The notes under the pieces: generated by a model
Told to the model about the DNA's origin: nothing
Databases searched by the model: none
The model's input: the letters and a program-made list of their open reading frames with translations, nothing else
In this document: positions 59,534 to 64,000 of the stretch, piece after piece
Numbering within the stretch: the first letter of the stretch is position 1
Layout of the letters: every line of letters begins with the position of its first letter
Source: Lophium mytilinum
Lineage: Eukaryota
Assembly: GCA_010093605.1 (NCBI GenBank)
Contig: MU004187.1
Span: forward strand, 1,310,018 to 1,374,017
Reading direction: 5' to 3'
DNA length: 64,000 bases
Translations under genes and position numbers: made by a program

Positions 59534-62500
59534 ATGGAGGTTGAGCCACCTGTTCCAGCCGTGCCTGCAGATGTCTCGATCGCGTCGCCTGGAGCGCGAC
59601 GCCGCCGCTCCTTGCCCTCTGCCGCCGATGGCCCGTCCAAAAAGCGCTCTTCAAACCATGTGCGGCCCCAGCCTGCCTCGCCCGAAGTCATATCCTCCCT
59701 CATCGACTCCCTGTCTGCCATCTCCCTCCCGGCCCATAACCACTTCGAGAACTTCCCCTCCGTCCACGGTGGTAGCGTCTCGACCCCCGCAACTCCCTTC
59801 CAGACACACTTCACCGGCGACCCATTGGCCTACAATGGAGCCATGGGAATCGATCTTGCGGATAATCGCCATCCGAGAGATAATGACCTTCTCTACCCTG
59901 ATGATGCTGCCGAGCCCCCGGTAGTACGAACCTCGAAACCGCCCTCGGGCCTGTCACCATTGACCGCCCCTAAACCTGTAAAGAAAGAGAAGGAACACTC
60001 GCTGAAGAACTATATGCGGGCGGGCTGCGAGAGCACGACGTCTCTACAATCTGTGAAATCAACTAGATCTGTCAGTAGTATTGGGAATATAAGCATTGAA
60101 GCTGGGATACCGCGCCACTCTACTACCAGCCGCACTTCGTCTGATAGCAAGCGGAGCGCTCGAGGGACTAGAGGCTTGATGTATATGAGTTCGCGGGAAA
60201 AGCTGAAGGGGAAAGACACGGATCGAAAGCGACCGGCGGCCCCTCTTAGCATCAATGCTAGCGGCTCGTTGGGCCATGATCTGCTGTCTGCGCCCAAGGC
60301 AAGCCTCCAGCCACCGAGTCCCAAACACATTCCGACTGAAGAGCCGATCGATGAAGAGCCTGTGGTCGCAGAGTCGTCGAGTTCCGCAGAAAGGAAGATT
60401 CGGAGAGGAGTCAGCCCACTGCGCAACGGAATCTCGTCCAGGAGCAGCGATGAACATGATAGCCCCACTAGACGTGGATTGATCCCAGAGCGCCAATCGT
60501 CGCTGCGACACCATGAAAGCCCATCGCGCAAAGGCAAGCGGGGCCACATCCGCCGCGGCAAGAGCCACGACTCGTCCAAGACTAAGACTGTGTTGGAGGA
60601 GGACGAAGTCGAAATGAATCCCGAGGACAAGATTCTCAAGGAGCTTGAAGCTGAAGAAAATGAAGTGGCTCGAAGGATCAAGGAGTTGAAGGAGCGAAAG
60701 CAGATGCGGGAAAAATCTGCCGGCAAAATGCCCGTGGGTATGGCTGCAGGGGATTCTCGAAGCGTCTCGCGAGTTTCACCAATGACGAGCCCACCGCTGT
60801 CCCCAACCTCAACTGTGTCAAGCGTGTCAGAAATTCGTGCACAGGACTCGAAGGCCGCTAAGGCGCATAAAGTGTTGGGTATTTCCTCGTCACCAAACCC
60901 CCCTCCAAGGAGGACGTCAAGGATCCCCAACTTGGCCGAGCAGCGTGAATTGCTCAAGCAGTTGGGAGAACATAGCGATGCAGAGGACGAGACTCCCCTC
61001 CCAATCGACTATCAATTGGCGCTGCAAGCCTTAGAGCGGCCGTCTTCACCCCCAGCAAGCGCTACTTCATCGAGCAGAGGCAGCAAATCCAACAGTGTCG
61101 GCACCCCAGTTCGGTCCAAATCGGTTGCTGTGGGTGGACGTTCTGCGGCGGGAAGGAAGAAGACGCATTCAATGATCATGGGCGCAGCTACGCAGCCGCG
61201 AAGCTCCTCTGCTTCTGAGTTCCCACCACTCAGCAACACATCGAGCCGGAGCACCAGCGAAGACTACTTTACCACCGTCGGAAGTCGCCACCTGTCTTTG
61301 AATCTATCTCCTTCGTCTGCACCCACTCACGGGTCGAAGAAGAAGCGCTGGTCTCATCCCGATCTACCTTTGAAAGCAGAGCAAATGCACAACGCAGACG
61401 TAGAGCGGGGCGCCGTGAAACCGCCTCCGCGTCCTGTCATCGAAGAGAGACCGTCAAGTGTAGACTCTGTCGACCTCGCCGTAGAAGCCTATCTCGACTC
61501 CCCGCGTTTGTCCCAAAAGGTTCGCAGTCCCCAGACAGGACGGGTAATTTGCTTTTCCGAAGTGGGCGACCCCCGTGGATTTGCTGTCTTCTGTTGTGTC
61601 GGCATGGGTCTGACGAGATATGTCATGTCGTTCTACGACGAGCTCGCACTGACGTTGAAATTGAGGTTGATAACAGCAGATCGTCCTGGGGTCGGAGAGA
61701 GTCAGTCCGACTCGAATGGGACACCGCTAAGCTGGCCAGGTAAAATGTACCATACGATTTTGAGACACTACGCTAACATATATACAGATGATGTCACAAC
61801 CATTTGTAATGCCTTGGGAATTACTAAGTTCTCCCTTCTTGCTCATTCTGCCGGCGCGGTGTATGCCCTTGCCACCGCTCTCCGAATACCTCAACAAATT
61901 CGTGGGAGGGTGCATCTGTTGGCTCCCTGGATTCCGCCCTCCCAAATGGCTCCAATCGGAGTTCATCAAGACGCACCACCCGGCGGCCAGCTACCTAAGT
62001 CCCAGCGTTTCCTCAGGACTCTTCCGCCATCGCTTCTGAAAATTGCGAACTCATCCTTCTTGAGTGCAACCAGTGCCAGCATTACGCGCAACGTACCAAA
62101 AACCCCTAACAAGAAAACGCGCAAGTCTGCGCATGCTCCGGTGCAACAAGCACCCATCAAAGACACCCGGAGAGAGTCCATAATGCTTATGGACCAGGTC
62201 TTGCCCACTGGCAGTGCTCTCTCTCTCGCCGCCAACAACCCAACAAATCCCCACCACGAAACTGCTGTGCACATGAAGAAAGTCTTAAGCATTGCCGAAC
62301 GAGAACGACGAAATGCTTTCGACGAACGTCTCACCTTCGCCATCTGGGACCGTGCCACTTCCAATGCCAACCCAGCTACCGATCTGATGGTCTGCCTCGA
62401 AACACGGCAGACGATCGGTTTTAGATACGAGGATATCACTCGCGGCGTCGTCATCCACCACGGCAGCAAGGACTCCCGCGTGCCCGTCGACAACGTGCGT

Positions 62501-62680
62501 TGGCTCGGTCGCCTCATGCGCAGATGCGAGGTTCGCATCATCGATGGCGAGCAGCATGGTCTCATGGCCAGTGCTGTTGTCATGGGCAATGTTCTCACCG
62601 AAGTCGCTAAAGAGTGGGAAGATTGGACCGCTGTGGTGCAAGCTGGTGGCAAGAACGCAGACAAGCGTGGCTCGCACTAG
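59534..62680 (+). CDS. Alpha/beta-hydrolase fold protein with a long disordered N-terminus
   Basis: ADRPGVGES, nucleophile elbow AHSAG, HHGSKDSRVP, GEQHGL; in-frame intron 61740-61787. Confidence 0.85.
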   Translation: MEVEPPVPAVPADVSIASPGARRRRSLPSAADGPSKKRSSNHVRPQPASPEVISSLIDSLSAISLPAHNHFENFPSVHGGSVSTPATPFQTHFTGDPLAYNGAMGIDLADNRHPRDNDLLYPDDAAEPPVVRTSKPPSGLSPLTAPKPVKKEKEHSLKNYMRAGCESTTSLQSVKSTRSVSSIGNISIEAGIPRHSTTSRTSSDSKRSARGTRGLMYMSSREKLKGKDTDRKRPAAPLSINASGSLGHDLLSAPKASLQPPSPKHIPTEEPIDEEPVVAESSSSAERKIRRGVSPLRNGISSRSSDEHDSPTRRGLIPERQSSLRHHESPSRKGKRGHIRRGKSHDSSKTKTVLEEDEVEMNPEDKILKELEAEENEVARRIKELKERKQMREKSAGKMPVGMAAGDSRSVSRVSPMTSPPLSPTSTVSSVSEIRAQDSKAAKAHKVLGISSSPNPPPRRTSRIPNLAEQRELLKQLGEHSDAEDETPLPIDYQLALQALERPSSPPASATSSSRGSKSNSVGTPVRSKSVAVGGRSAAGRKKTHSMIMGAATQPRSSSASEFPPLSNTSSRSTSEDYFTTVGSRHLSLNLSPSSAPTHGSKKKRWSHPDLPLKAEQMHNADVERGAVKPPPRPVIEERPSSVDSVDLAVEAYLDSPRLSQKVRSPQTGRVICFSEVGDPRGFAVFCCVGMGLTRYVMSFYDELALTLKLRLITADRPGVGESQSDSNGTPLSWPGKMYHTILRHYANIYTDDVTTICNALGITKFSLLAHSAGAVYALATALRIPQQIRGRVHLLAPWIPPSQMAPIGVHQDAPPGGQLPKSQRFLRTLPPSLLKIANSSFLSATSASITRNVPKTPNKKTRKSAHAPVQQAPIKDTRRESIMLMDQVLPTGSALSLAANNPTNPHHETAVHMKKVLSIAERERRNAFDERLTFAIWDRATSNANPATDLMVCLETRQTIGFRYEDITRGVVIHHGSKDSRVPVDNVRWLGRLMRRCEVRIIDGEQHGLMASAVVMGNVLTEVAKEWEDWTAVVQAGGKNADKRGSH

Positions 62681-63380
62681 CCTTTCCTCGATCATTGCAC
62701 GATACCTCTACGCCTGTTTAAATCCTACGGACCTATGTACGGAACTTACGAAGCATTTGCGGAAACGCAGGACAGGAGAGATATTCGACACCGTCGACTA
62801 CACGGCCTTGTTCCTAGGACCTTCACGCTATATCACGAGCTTCCTGATTCCCTGACTTTATCCTGAGTTGCGCCGACTTTAATCCTCTTTTTCTTGTGTG
62901 CTTAATCTCTTATGTATACTCCTTACCTTTCTCTTCTCTTCTTCCACTCTTCTTTTCTTTACTTTACCCGTTTTCCTATGACGCGGCGTCGACGAGCGGA
63001 TACCCTTTGCATATTTAGGACCTTTGGGCGCGGGCACCTTTGTGGGGGAACTAATTGCCGTTGTGCCTTACTTGCTCGGTAAAGGCATACTATAAGGACT
63101 GGATCGTCCGATGTATGAGCTGTAATAAATGTCTTCGGACAAGAGTTGAGACTCGAGCTTCCTTCCCTGTGATAGCTAAATAACATTCAGCCGTGACTGA
63201 CGGCTGTGATATCGAGCTTCAAATTCAAGCACGAAAAACGACGAGCCATTTTTGGCTTTGAATATTAGGGCAAAATCTATCGTCAGCCCATAAGTGGAAT
63301 TATTCGCCCTGCGCCTTTCCTCGTTCCCTCCCGCCCCCTTCCCTCGTCTTAGCGTCCTCTAGTCCCTTTGATGTCACACG

Positions 63381-63540
63381 CCATTACTCCCATTACTCCC
63401 ATTACTCCCATTACTCCCATTACTCCCATTACTCCCATTACTCCCATTACTCCCATTCCTCCCATTACTCCCATTACTCCCATTACTCCCATTGCTCCCA
63501 TTACTCCCATTACTCCCATTACTCCCATTACTCCCATTAC
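63381..63540. repeat. 9-bp minisatellite (CCATTACTC), 17 units plus a partial
   Basis: Units every 9 bp from 63381; single-base variants in unit 9 (CCATTCCTC) and unit 13 (CCATTGCTC). Confidence 0.97.
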
Positions 63541-64000
63541 ATCACACCATCGCCGGCTCCGGTTTCGCCCCCTAATCCTCAAACGTTTATTAGAACATTG
63601 CCGGTGCGGTTCAATTTGTCAGTTCTTGCACTAAATACGTCCTTTAACAGACCACGCTTTCATGAAGCTGTAGCTAATCTTCGTTTCCTGGTTGCCAATG
63701 GTGTTCCTCGAGGTTTGACGTATGTTATCGACAATCGTGCGGTTTTGCTGACTTCTAGGCTGCCACCATTTGCCCATTTTGGGTAATAGCAGTATATGCA
63801 GCCTCTCATTGGCTCCTTCACTAGTCAGTGTTGGAATACTGTACAGTAGCACTCCAACCGGAAGATACGGCGAACGTTACAGCAGGGTACTTCGGTAAAT
63901 AATCTGTTGTCGGACCTAGTTTTGCTAGGGTATAAGCGACCATTTAACTTCCTTCCCATCCGGGGAATGATCTGAGTGATGCATGCATCTATTCATATAT

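Noticed and set aside
63349..63634. (MGV)n and (ITP)n ORFs; CRISPR- or telomere-like array
   Set aside because: By-products of a 9-bp repeat; there are no spacers and the unit is not a telomere repeat I recognise.

Overview
Eukaryotic genomic DNA from a filamentous ascomycete (short GT-AG introns with CTRAC branch sites; probably Dothideomycetes, not determinable further). I read 25 protein-coding genes and found no tRNA, rRNA, CRISPR array or intact transposon. Conserved genes: 3' part of a class I cAMP phosphodiesterase, hemerythrin-domain protein, YMR226C/YdfG-type SDR, GUA1, BCP1, Poa1 macrodomain, Rieske RIP1, Dpb3/Dls1-like histone fold, CLC channel, dynein heavy chain, GH15 glucoamylase, DUF3112-like membrane protein, DHX35-like helicase, SPC25, RRN6, RPN13, a sterol-desaturase-like protein and an alpha/beta hydrolase. 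Two multi-exon genes absent from the ORF track were rebuilt by hand (14532-15108 and 51351-52459). An accessory-looking stretch (about 3.8-14.4 kb) holds a repeat-rich J-domain orphan and two tandem RING paralogs, and a head-to-head pair of small Cys-rich genes lies at 53-54.5 kb. Most notable: an in-frame TAG exactly at the invariant Gln of the phosphodiesterase; an RPN13 intron that could yield a PRU-only isoform; two candidate alternative last exons plus two starts in the SDR; and a G-quadruplex-competent 9-bp minisatellite. All exon structures were read manually and need RNA-seq confirmation. Family assignments come from motif recall, not database searches.
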